Below, one piece after another: positions 19,542 to 28,313 of a stretch of DNA of 64,000 nucleotides; within the stretch, counting starts at the first letter, position 1; every line of letters begins with the position of its first letter. Location of the stretch: NCBI RefSeq assembly GCF_035317785.1, contig NZ_DATHGC010000382.1, positions 33,098 through 97,097 on the forward strand, given 5' to 3'. Position numbers and translations under genes: made by a program. Origin of the DNA: Pedobacter sp. (lineage in GTDB: Bacteria; Bacteroidota; Bacteroidia; Sphingobacteriales; Sphingobacteriaceae). The notes beneath the pieces were generated by a model, which saw nothing but the letters and a program-made list of their open reading frames with translations, did not search any database and was not told the DNA's origin.

Positions 19542-19577
19542 AAAAAGCATCCGGACGATTCTCGTCCGGATGCTTTT
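19539..19577 (-). terminator. Intrinsic terminator of mscL
   Basis: AAAAGCATCCGGACGA-TTC-TCGTCCGGATGCTTTT stem, ending in a U8 tract on the minus strand. Confidence 0.9.
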
Positions 19578-19609
19578 CAAATTAATTTAGCTGCTATATA
19601 AACTGAATG

Positions 19610-20041
19610 TTATTTTGCTTTTAGCAGGTCCCTGATCTCGGCGAGCAGCACCTCTTCTTTAGACGGTCCCGCCGGAGCTGCCGGTTCTGCTTCCTGCTTA
19701 CGTTTCATCGCGTTGATGCCTTTTACCAGCAGAAATACAGCAAAAGCAAGCAACAGGAAATTGATGGCTACAGAAATGAAATTTCCATAAGCAAAAATCA
19801 CGGTATCCGGTATTTTTCTAGCCTCTTCGAGCGCCAGCTTTGCCTCTACATTTCCTTTTAGCACCACATAGAGGTTACTAAAATCTACAGAACCGATCAC
19901 TGCTGAGATCAGCGGCATGATCAGATCCTTTACCACACTGTCAATGATCTTACCAAATGCACCTCCAATGATCACACCGACAGCAAGGTCCATCACGCTT
20001 CCTTTAACGGCAAATTCTTTAAATTCTTTTACAAAGCCCAT
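19610..20041 (-). CDS. mscL: Large-conductance mechanosensitive channel
   Basis: [25 protein letters not shown] and [10 protein letters not shown] motifs. Confidence 0.98.
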   Translation of the reverse strand: MGFVKEFKEFAVKGSVMDLAVGVIIGGAFGKIIDSVVKDLIMPLISAVIGSVDFSNLYVVLKGNVEAKLALEEARKIPDTVIFAYGNFISVAINFLLLAFAVFLLVKGINAMKRKQEAEPAAPAGPSKEEVLLAEIRDLLKAK

Positions 20042-20360
20042 AATATCATAGTTAAGATTCACTTAAAATTAAGTAAAACAATATACATTTCAAACGAATT
20101 GTCTGGCCTGAATAAAGAAAACACAACTTCATTTAACCTAACATTCACGATTACAGCATTTTAAATTAAAATCAGCAAAGGGTTTAACGTTGGGCATCAA
20201 AACCTGTATATATTTGCAGCATTATAAAAACAAGAGGCTAATATTAGGGTTTTGCTGAATTTCAACTACATAACGAAAAAAATTCCAGGGTGCACTACCT
20301 GGAATACCTGATGGATTTACAAATTCCATAATATCAGCTAATTAAAACTAACTGATCATA

Positions 20361-21182
20361 ATGGAATTAAACAAAGACAAAAATTTACAGGACGCCTCAA
20401 AAATAATTAATAGACTCCTAAAAGTTGATAACATCCTCTGTTTTGGCGAACGCTCCTGGAGGTCCGTGAACGATAGTATTTTTCAGCAAACAGCACTCAT
20501 TCAAAGCAGGCAGCATTACTATTTGACGGTCATTAGTGAAACAGAGGTCAGGGACATCCTGCAATTGCAGGACGAGCTTAACGGCCAGATGGACAAATCT
20601 GTTTCCATTAGTTTGCTGGTTCATACAGAAGATGAAATCGCACACGCCCTGGCTGCCGGCAGCCGGTTCTTTCACAAAATATTTCAAAAAGCAGATCAAA
20701 TGTACCTGCATTCGCATTTTAAAACGCAATTTTGTAATTCCCCGGTCGCCGACCCTGCAAATGCACTGATGCTTTGGCAGGACCACTACCAAAAAGCCAC
20801 CGCATTTCAGGAATCAGCAGGTAACCTGCTCGGAATAGACGACAATTCTGCTTCCCTTTACCTGATCATTGAAAGCCTTGAACATGCCTGCACCGGCTTA
20901 CTTCAGGCTTGCCTCGATTATCAGCCAAAACGCAGTGACCTGACTTATCTTCTGCCGCTTTGTAATATTTTATCAAATCAACTCGAAAGTATTTTTCCCC
21001 GTAAAACCCCGGCAGACGAAAGTCACTTTCAACTGCTTTCTAAGCGTAAATGCTTCACCGATAAAAATCCAAATGGCCCTGAGGACCCCTTCACCATCTT
21101 CTTTTTGCACCAGCAATGTGTTGAATGGTTAAAAGCAGCCAGGGAAGTTTTCGAATCCTCAAGACATACCGGTCATACATAG
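20361..21182 (+). CDS. Degenerate nucleotidyltransferase-HEPN fusion-like protein
   Basis: N-terminal ILCFG...YYLTVI resembles a minimal NTase fold. C-terminal ASLYLIIESLEHAC...LL...DYQPK..DL..L...IFP resembles Bacteroidota HEPN proteins. Confidence 0.55.
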   Translation: MELNKDKNLQDASKIINRLLKVDNILCFGERSWRSVNDSIFQQTALIQSRQHYYLTVISETEVRDILQLQDELNGQMDKSVSISLLVHTEDEIAHALAAGSRFFHKIFQKADQMYLHSHFKTQFCNSPVADPANALMLWQDHYQKATAFQESAGNLLGIDDNSASLYLIIESLEHACTGLLQACLDYQPKRSDLTYLLPLCNILSNQLESIFPRKTPADESHFQLLSKRKCFTDKNPNGPEDPFTIFFLHQQCVEWLKAAREVFESSRHTGHT

Positions 21183-21278
21183 CGACTGTACATTAAGTCG
21201 TCAGGCAAGATCCTGATTATAGCACCAGCCCCTGTTGAACTTATCCCGTGCTCCTGCCTGGTAGGTGTCGGAACTTAA

Positions 21279-21322
21279 AGTCCAACATTAGTCCAGGATT
21301 AGTCCAACATTAGTCCAGCTTT
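21279..21322. repeat. Four tandem 11-bp repeats (AGTCCAnnnTT)
   Basis: AGTCCAACATT AGTCCAGGATT AGTCCAACATT AGTCCAGCTTT, with an inverted partial copy TGGACTAA at about 21336. Confidence 0.9.
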
Positions 21323-21552
21323 TGTTAGAAAAATATGGACTAAACATTCACTTTAGTTGTATTTTACAAGGACTGATATTAGCACAAATATAGACGCAGT
21401 GTACTGCGATAGTGAATCCGAATTGATCGGATTAATCACTTTTTCCTTATTGAACTGCAAGCAATTGCCAGAATGTATTTCCGTTATTACTACTTATACA
21501 TACAAATTATGTATTTTTGAGACGTGTATATAAAATACCTGCGAGCTTCCTT

Positions 21553-23025
21553 ATGCTGAAACAACATTTACAACAAAAGTTACTTCAAAAACTATCGCCA
21601 CAGCAAATACAATTCATCAAATTGCTGCAGGTGCCAACCGTTGCATTAGATACCCGGATCAAAGAAGAACTGGAGGAAAATCCAGCGCTTGAAGACCCTA
21701 GTCTAATGATAGCTGAAGAACCCAGAAGTGAGTATGATGACCTGAATGATACACCGGAAGACTATGACGCAGGATCAAAGGAAGAAAGCACAGATGAGTT
21801 TAATGTTGATGACTATTTACAAGATGACAGTGTAAATGATTACAGCACATCATACAACAACAATGATGATGACGAAGAGAAGAAAGAGACCCCAATAGCT
21901 ATTGAAAGTACTTTTTTCGAAAGTTTACAGGAACAGCTCGACCTGGTACCGCTTTCGGATTCGGATTTTATCATAGGAAAACAAATCATCGGCAGTTTGG
22001 ACGATGATGGCTATTTGCGTCGTCCGATCACCTCAATGATCGATGATCTGGCCTTTTCTCAGAATGTAATGGTTGAGGAGGAAGATGTACTGGAAATGCT
22101 CAAGGTGATACAAAGCTTTGATCCTCCCGGAATCGCAGCAAGAGATTTGCAGGAGTGCCTAACCTTACAGTTAAAACGCAAAGACCCCGCCAATCCGATT
22201 ATACAGAAAGCCATTGAAATAGTCGCAGATTACCTGGACGAGTTTACCCGAAAGCATTACGATAAGCTCGAAAAGAGTTTAGGTCTGAACAGTGAAGACC
22301 TGAAGGAGATCATCGCCGAGATTCTGCGGTTAAACCCTAAACCCGGCGATTCAAACCAGGTGACCACCAAACAATTACAGATCATTCCTGACTTTCATGT
22401 ATCTAATAATGACGGCGTATTGATACTGACTTTAAATTCAAAAAATGCTCCTGAGCTGAGGGTTAGCCGTTCATACATCGACATGTTTGATCATTATGAC
22501 AAGACCGCTCAAAAAGATAAAAAAATGAAGGAGGCGGTTCAATTTGTAAAGCAAAAGCTTGACTCCGCAAAGTGGTTCATTGATGCCATAAAACAGAGGC
22601 AGCAAACGCTGCTTAAAACGATGAATGCCATCATGCAATACCAGTACGAATACCTGCTGACCGGAGATGAACGCAAAATGCGTCCTATGATCCTCAAGGA
22701 CATTGCAGATAAAATCGACATGGATATATCTACGGTGTCGCGTGTGGCGAATTCTAAATATGTACAAACAGAGTTTGGAACATTTTTATTGAAATCATTC
22801 TTTTCTGAAGCCATCCAGACTGAAAGCGGCGAAGAAGTGTCTAACAAGGAGGTAAAAAAGATACTGGAAGACTGTATAGGCAATGAAGACAAGCGTAAAC
22901 CGCTGGCTGATGAAAAACTTACTGAAATCCTGAAGGAACGCGGATATAACATTGCAAGACGAACCGTGGCCAAATACAGGGAACAAATGAATATTCCGGT
23001 AGCCAGGTTAAGAAAAGAATTGTAG
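21553..23025 (+). CDS. rpoN: RNA polymerase sigma-54 factor
   Basis: Gln/Leu-rich region I, ENPALE, STVSRV and the RpoN box ARRTVAKYRE. Confidence 0.98.
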   Translation: MLKQHLQQKLLQKLSPQQIQFIKLLQVPTVALDTRIKEELEENPALEDPSLMIAEEPRSEYDDLNDTPEDYDAGSKEESTDEFNVDDYLQDDSVNDYSTSYNNNDDDEEKKETPIAIESTFFESLQEQLDLVPLSDSDFIIGKQIIGSLDDDGYLRRPITSMIDDLAFSQNVMVEEEDVLEMLKVIQSFDPPGIAARDLQECLTLQLKRKDPANPIIQKAIEIVADYLDEFTRKHYDKLEKSLGLNSEDLKEIIAEILRLNPKPGDSNQVTTKQLQIIPDFHVSNNDGVLILTLNSKNAPELRVSRSYIDMFDHYDKTAQKDKKMKEAVQFVKQKLDSAKWFIDAIKQRQQTLLKTMNAIMQYQYEYLLTGDERKMRPMILKDIADKIDMDISTVSRVANSKYVQTEFGTFLLKSFFSEAIQTESGEEVSNKEVKKILEDCIGNEDKRKPLADEKLTEILKERGYNIARRTVAKYREQMNIPVARLRKEL

Positions 23026-23030
23026 ATCCA

Positions 23031-24050
23031 TCACCACATTCTGGTCGTACTCCATACTTCATAAAAATTGTTCAGCTGCAAACCAAGCACAATCTCATGA
23101 CTCCCGTTGCTTACTGTATTCAGTTCGGAGGTCACAAAATCATAAGAATAGGTAAGGTTGATCAGTTTGCTGATATTTACTCCTGCCATTGCAGAAAAAG
23201 AATCGTTTCTGCGGTAACTGCCTCCTACCCAAAATCTGTCCTTGAAAGCAAACTTCAAATTGGCGTCAAATGACAGCGGCGCAGGACTGACTTGTTTAAA
23301 CATTACGGAGGGCGTAGCCGCTATCTCATCAGACACGAAGAAGCGGTATCCGGCAGTCATAAACCAATGGGGTACATTCTTACCGGTATTGTATTGAGGA
23401 TCAGTTGTAAACTTTAGTTTCTGCGGAAGAATCTGCTGAACCGATGTTCCTGCAAAAAAATTCGCTCCGTATAGCCAGATCCCTAAACTCAGATCAGGCT
23501 TGACCTGGCTCACAATCGTGTTTTGGATAGACGGATCATTGGGATTGTCCGTTCCGAAGTCAAGTGCATTCAGATCCAGTCCTATACGGGATATTCCGGC
23601 GGCTACGCCCACTGACAAATTCAGCTGACTGGCCATCTGCAGGTGATAGGCGTACGTTAAATTAGCATCTACTCTGGAGAGCGGTCCAACATCGTCGACA
23701 ACGGCTGTAACGCCCATTCCATGATGCGCAGGGGAAGCGGTGTAATTTTGCATATAGTTCCTGCTCATGGGGTCATCTCCGTGGTCTGGCAGTGAAAGGG
23801 GGTTTCTCCATAAATAATCATCACCAAATTTCCAGTTGGCAGAAATAAAAGAGGTTTGAGGCGCATCTTTGATCCCCGTCCATTGTTTTCTGAATCCAAT
23901 TTTCACATCGGTATAATTTTCTATCCCGCTCAAGGCCGGGTTTAAGAGGTAATTATTAAATATATATTGTGTGTACTGTGGCCTTTGCTGGGCCTTTATT
24001 GATAATCCCAGTATTAAAAGCGCCAAAGTTAGGTATACAGGTGTTCTCAC
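23031..24050 (-). CDS. PorP/SprF family T9SS outer-membrane protein
   Basis: QQRPQYTQYIFN.Y.LNPA, R.QW.GI..AP, YSYD and GSHEI motifs. Directly follows a type-B CTD protein. Confidence 0.93.
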   Translation of the reverse strand: MRTPVYLTLALLILGLSIKAQQRPQYTQYIFNNYLLNPALSGIENYTDVKIGFRKQWTGIKDAPQTSFISANWKFGDDYLWRNPLSLPDHGDDPMSRNYMQNYTASPAHHGMGVTAVVDDVGPLSRVDANLTYAYHLQMASQLNLSVGVAAGISRIGLDLNALDFGTDNPNDPSIQNTIVSQVKPDLSLGIWLYGANFFAGTSVQQILPQKLKFTTDPQYNTGKNVPHWFMTAGYRFFVSDEIAATPSVMFKQVSPAPLSFDANLKFAFKDRFWVGGSYRRNDSFSAMAGVNISKLINLTYSYDFVTSELNTVSNGSHEIVLGLQLNNFYEVWSTTRMW

Positions 24051-24051
24051 G

Positions 24052-27000
24052 TTATCTGATTAGTGTTAAAGAGCCGGTTAAAATTTTCCTTCCGTTATTT
24101 GGATTGATAATATAGTAATAAGTTCCGACAGATAAAGCCTGATCTTTATAATTTCCGTCGAATGGTTTGTAGAAGCCCTTGCTGTAGTATACCCTATGCC
24201 CGTATCTGTTAAAGATCTCTACGGTAGAATTGAGATAGATCTCAATATTTTTTAATACCCAGGTATCGTTTATACCGTCTCCGTTTGGACTGAAGGCATT
24301 ATGGGTGTCGACCTCGGGTATCACATGCACATAAATTTTCTCTATGATGACACAACCCTGTGATGAGCGGATGGTCACCGTATAGGTTCGCTCCCTGTCT
24401 GCGGTGACCACAGGATTTTGAACATTGTCTTTATCCAGGTTGATCGCCGGCTCCCACTTGTAGGTGAGGTCAGCGCCTGTTGCCGAGAGGTCCAGCTGTT
24501 TTTTTTCTCCTGCATAAATAAATACATCCCTGGTATAGTTTGCCAATGGAATAGGATAAACCGTGATGGTCTGTGTTTTCATTTCGCTGCATCTATTGTC
24601 AGCTTCAAATGTATAGCTGATGGTATGGGAGCCAATGCCGGCTGCTTTGGGGTCAAAAGTCCCGTCTGTACTAATGCCCGGGCCATTATATTTTCCTTTA
24701 CCCGGTAATCCAAGAACTTCTTTTGCGTGATTCACCGTGAACAGTCCACTATTCAGACAAATTGGTTGAATAGTGCCAAAAATCAGTTCAGGACTTGGAT
24801 ATATCATAATTTCCTGTCTGAACTCTTCAAAACATGTGATCCCTGAGTAAACACGGATGAGGATAGTGAACGGCCTTGGTGCCGGGGAACTTGCCGGCGG
24901 GTATTCAAATTCATAAGATTTGCCCTCCTCAGGGTCTTCATCTGTGATGAAATCCTGAGGATTGCCATCATAATCTTTGAACCATACTACCCGAACAGGT
25001 TTACCCTGGTCTACAGATGATTTATTAATGACCGTAACTTTATTTTGACTGCAAAGATTATCCTGATTAACTACGGTAAAAACTGGTGTGATCACTGCAC
25101 CGTTTACAACAAGATCCTTACTGACATTGGTAATGCAACCATCACCTGTAACCACCCTCAGTTTAATGGTATATTTGCCTGCTGCACTAAACCTGAGTGG
25201 TGGCGGATTGCGGTCTCTTGAAGACCTGATGCCGTCACCAAAATCCCATAAGTAAGTCAAATTTGAAGTACTGCTTCCATCGGCGTCGGTAGATGTGTTT
25301 ATAAAACGTACCTCCGTATCGTTAATACAGACTTCAGGCACTGTAAAGCCGGCAATAGGAAGGCCTTTAATCGTAACACGATAAGTTTTTGGTTTACTTA
25401 TACATCCATTGGCAGCACCTGCAATGAGAGAGATGTCATATTCACCGGGCAATGCATAAGTGTGGCTGGCAATTTTTGTAAGTACCGGCGGACTCCCGTC
25501 CCCGAAATCCCAGGACCAGGAATTGATGACTGCACCGTTATTTTCCACAGTAGAGCGGTCTTCAACAACTACCTCTGAAGTAATGCATTCTACGGGATTA
25601 ACCTTAAAATCGGGCAATATTTTGGGTTTGACTGTAATCGTCTTCTCGATCACATCAGACAGGCAACCATCTTCAAGCCCGGCAGAAAATTTCACACGAA
25701 ATGGACCGGCAGTTTTGTAAATGTGCTTAGGATTCTGTTCGGTTGAAGTAGTTCCATCATCAAAATCCCACAGCCATTTATTGACGGGCTTATCGGCAAC
25801 ATTTGAAAGACTGTTGTCAATAAACATCACTTCTTCCTCAAAACAAGCCTCAGCAGGTACCGAAATGGCCGCTGTCGGGATGGGGTAAGAATTAAAATCA
25901 AATGCATATTCAATGACACTGCCAATACAGTTGTTTGCATTGGGCATGGTTGCAGTTACAGCCATCGTATGCGATGACACATCAGGAAATATTTTATTTA
26001 AGTCGTAAATATATTCATAGAGCAGGTCACCGTTGGGTGCATTAAAGATTCTGGGAGGAGCTGTGATCTCGACAGCGGGTTCGTTGTCAAGCTGCCAGGT
26101 TATTTTATTGTTCTGGACCTGAAAAGGAAATACGATCTTAAAATCAGATTCCTGATCTATACAGGCATTTGGTGAATCATAACCTGTAACGGAATTGCTC
26201 ACAAGAAGATAGTTGTTGGCGGCCAGGTTCGTGCCCGCAGAATAGGCATAAGATTCATGATCGCCAAATCCGTAAGCTATTGCATTAAATCCTTCATTGG
26301 CAGTGAGCGTCGAGCTTTCATCAAAGACACGGACCTGGGCGTAAGACAATTCCGGATTTGCGGGCATTTCATTCCATGATCCCTCCGGAAGCGCTATTCC
26401 GTTTATCTTAAAAGTGTGAGCAGCACTTGTTTTGATACTTACATTGATGTATTTCTCTGCGATATCCTGAAGTTCTGAAGAAAATAGAGTTACTGTTTTA
26501 ATATTGAATTCTGTAGGATTAAGCATGACCATTTCGGGATCCCCAATGCGCGCTCCGGATGTACCTGAACAGTCCTGAGTAAGGGAATATTCGGCAACGC
26601 TGATCTTTTTATCCGCAGAAACAAGGACTGGCTCTCTGACATAAATTGGGCTGACATAAGGAAATCCTCTGTTAAGCGTAATCACCTGACCACCTATATT
26701 TACTTTTGTGTTGTCCTCCTCTGCCAATATCCGGTAATGATAAAACCGGTCTTTAAAAGGCACTATGCAATAGGTCTTCCCCCAGCTGGAAGTCGGGTAA
26801 AGCTGTTGATATAACGGATCCCTGGAAGTACTGCAGTCAGATGATCCAATGGTTACTGAAGTACTTCCGGAAAAGACGGCAAATCGTTTTGTGCAATTGT
26901 CAGGCGAAGAGGGATCTATCTCAACAAGTGTTCCTGAGATATCCTGAGCTCCCTCCGGCATATATTGATAGAGATCACCTGGATTGGCTAAGGTTACTTT

Positions 27001-27564
27001 TACAGCTGGACGGCTACGCGGGTGAATAATTACGTCGGTGTTGGGCTCTGTTGCTACTACGATCAAAAAATTACGGTTCATACGGGAGGCATCCAGCGTT
27101 TGATCGTAATTCATGGAGTAATATTTCTGTCCTAAAGACTCCAGAGGTAAAATCAATGAAGCCGCAGAACGGGCTCCAGCATAAATATGGGCATATACTG
27201 CCACTTTTGGAGCACCTTCACGAACTTGTATATGAATGCCGCGATTTACCAGATTAGTATTTTGTTCATTATAGTCTATATAAGCATCCGCCCTCGGGAC
27301 ATTGAAGGGAACCGGAGTATTGGGAGGGATTGGTCTACTTTGCGGAGGTCTTCCATTACAAGTCACCGTAACGTATGATTCCGATTTACTGGTTACATAA
27401 ATTGTAATATTCGCAAGCTGCGGGCCGTCCCGGCTGGGAGACGGGTCATGACTGGGAAACACAGCCCAAAAGTCCGTGCCCTCATTTGAAATATTTTGCG
27501 ATTTCGCATTGTAGATCAATGGGAAAAAAATTAGCAGAAAAAAAACTAACCCCCACCTTTTCAT
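24052..27564 (-). CDS. T9SS-secreted surface protein: IgGFc-binding-like N-terminus, PKD repeats, type-B CTD
   Basis: Signal peptide; SNEGTDFW and ASLILP...LG..YY; three W.FGDG-type PKD motifs; C-terminal NAFSPNGDGINDTW...IFNRYG...GTYYY...TLIR. Confidence 0.9.
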   Translation of the reverse strand: MKRWGLVFFLLIFFPLIYNAKSQNISNEGTDFWAVFPSHDPSPSRDGPQLANITIYVTSKSESYVTVTCNGRPPQSRPIPPNTPVPFNVPRADAYIDYNEQNTNLVNRGIHIQVREGAPKVAVYAHIYAGARSAASLILPLESLGQKYYSMNYDQTLDASRMNRNFLIVVATEPNTDVIIHPRSRPAVKVTLANPGDLYQYMPEGAQDISGTLVEIDPSSPDNCTKRFAVFSGSTSVTIGSSDCSTSRDPLYQQLYPTSSWGKTYCIVPFKDRFYHYRILAEEDNTKVNIGGQVITLNRGFPYVSPIYVREPVLVSADKKISVAEYSLTQDCSGTSGARIGDPEMVMLNPTEFNIKTVTLFSSELQDIAEKYINVSIKTSAAHTFKINGIALPEGSWNEMPANPELSYAQVRVFDESSTLTANEGFNAIAYGFGDHESYAYSAGTNLAANNYLLVSNSVTGYDSPNACIDQESDFKIVFPFQVQNNKITWQLDNEPAVEITAPPRIFNAPNGDLLYEYIYDLNKIFPDVSSHTMAVTATMPNANNCIGSVIEYAFDFNSYPIPTAAISVPAEACFEEEVMFIDNSLSNVADKPVNKWLWDFDDGTTSTEQNPKHIYKTAGPFRVKFSAGLEDGCLSDVIEKTITVKPKILPDFKVNPVECITSEVVVEDRSTVENNGAVINSWSWDFGDGSPPVLTKIASHTYALPGEYDISLIAGAANGCISKPKTYRVTIKGLPIAGFTVPEVCINDTEVRFINTSTDADGSSTSNLTYLWDFGDGIRSSRDRNPPPLRFSAAGKYTIKLRVVTGDGCITNVSKDLVVNGAVITPVFTVVNQDNLCSQNKVTVINKSSVDQGKPVRVVWFKDYDGNPQDFITDEDPEEGKSYEFEYPPASSPAPRPFTILIRVYSGITCFEEFRQEIMIYPSPELIFGTIQPICLNSGLFTVNHAKEVLGLPGKGKYNGPGISTDGTFDPKAAGIGSHTISYTFEADNRCSEMKTQTITVYPIPLANYTRDVFIYAGEKKQLDLSATGADLTYKWEPAINLDKDNVQNPVVTADRERTYTVTIRSSQGCVIIEKIYVHVIPEVDTHNAFSPNGDGINDTWVLKNIEIYLNSTVEIFNRYGHRVYYSKGFYKPFDGNYKDQALSVGTYYYIINPNNGRKILTGSLTLIR

Positions 27565-27587
27565 AGCTACAAAAAATTACCCCATAA

Positions 27588-28055
27588 CTAAGATAAGAGA
27601 TTTTGTCTCAATAAAAATTCTAATTGTTTATTTGCCAGTAATAATTGCTCGGTAAGCTCCCTGTTTTCTTTTCTAAGCGCATAGATCTCATATGCCTTCT
27701 CTATGTTTATCCGCAGGTCTTCGTCCATCCAGGGCTTTTGGATATACTTATAAACCTGGCCTTTGTTGATCGCATCTATCACCGCATTGATGTCGGCGTA
27801 ACCTGTTAAAAGGATTCGAATGGGGTCCGGGAAATCGGGAATAATGGATTCTAAAAATTCTATACCCGTCATTACCGGCATGCGCTGATCTGTGATGATC
27901 ACCTGCACTTTCTCCGTTTCTAGTATCTTTCTCCCTTCTGCTGCAGATTCAGCGGTAAATACATTAAACAATCTTCTGAATCCCGCTTTAAAAGAGTTCA
28001 GGTTATGAACTTCGTCGTCTATATATAATACATTTATTACAGCATCTGAAGGCAT
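27588..28055 (-). CDS. Response regulator (REC plus C-terminal coiled coil, no DNA-binding domain)
   Basis: YIDDE, ITDQRMP, LLTGY and KPW motifs followed by a heptad-like tail. Start placed at MPSDAV. Confidence 0.93.
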   Translation of the reverse strand: MPSDAVINVLYIDDEVHNLNSFKAGFRRLFNVFTAESAAEGRKILETEKVQVIITDQRMPVMTGIEFLESIIPDFPDPIRILLTGYADINAVIDAINKGQVYKYIQKPWMDEDLRINIEKAYEIYALRKENRELTEQLLLANKQLEFLLRQNLLS

Positions 28056-28313
28056 TTTATTGAATATTTTTATAAATATATTATTTTTATAAATCTTAGA
28101 AGACAATTTCCTATTTAAATTTCTCTCTGTCTTGTAAACGTCAAAATATAATATGGAAACAGTCGGGCTTGCCCGCTGATAAACCCATGGTAAAATGTCT
28201 AAATAATTTAACGTTTAATCTTCATTATCACTCGAAAAAAGTATAAATTTAATGATATTTGGCGCTAGCTAAATCTATTTTTAGTTTAAAGGGATAATTT
28301 CATATTACGACAA

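Noticed and set aside
21279-21322. Repeat array as a CRISPR
   Set aside because: The units are 11 bp and contiguous, with no spacers and no cas genes in the window.
21454-21470. Sigma-54 promoter-like TGGCAATTGCTTGCA on the minus strand upstream of rpoN
   Set aside because: GG-to-GC spacing is 9 nt instead of the required 10, and no gene lies downstream in that orientation.
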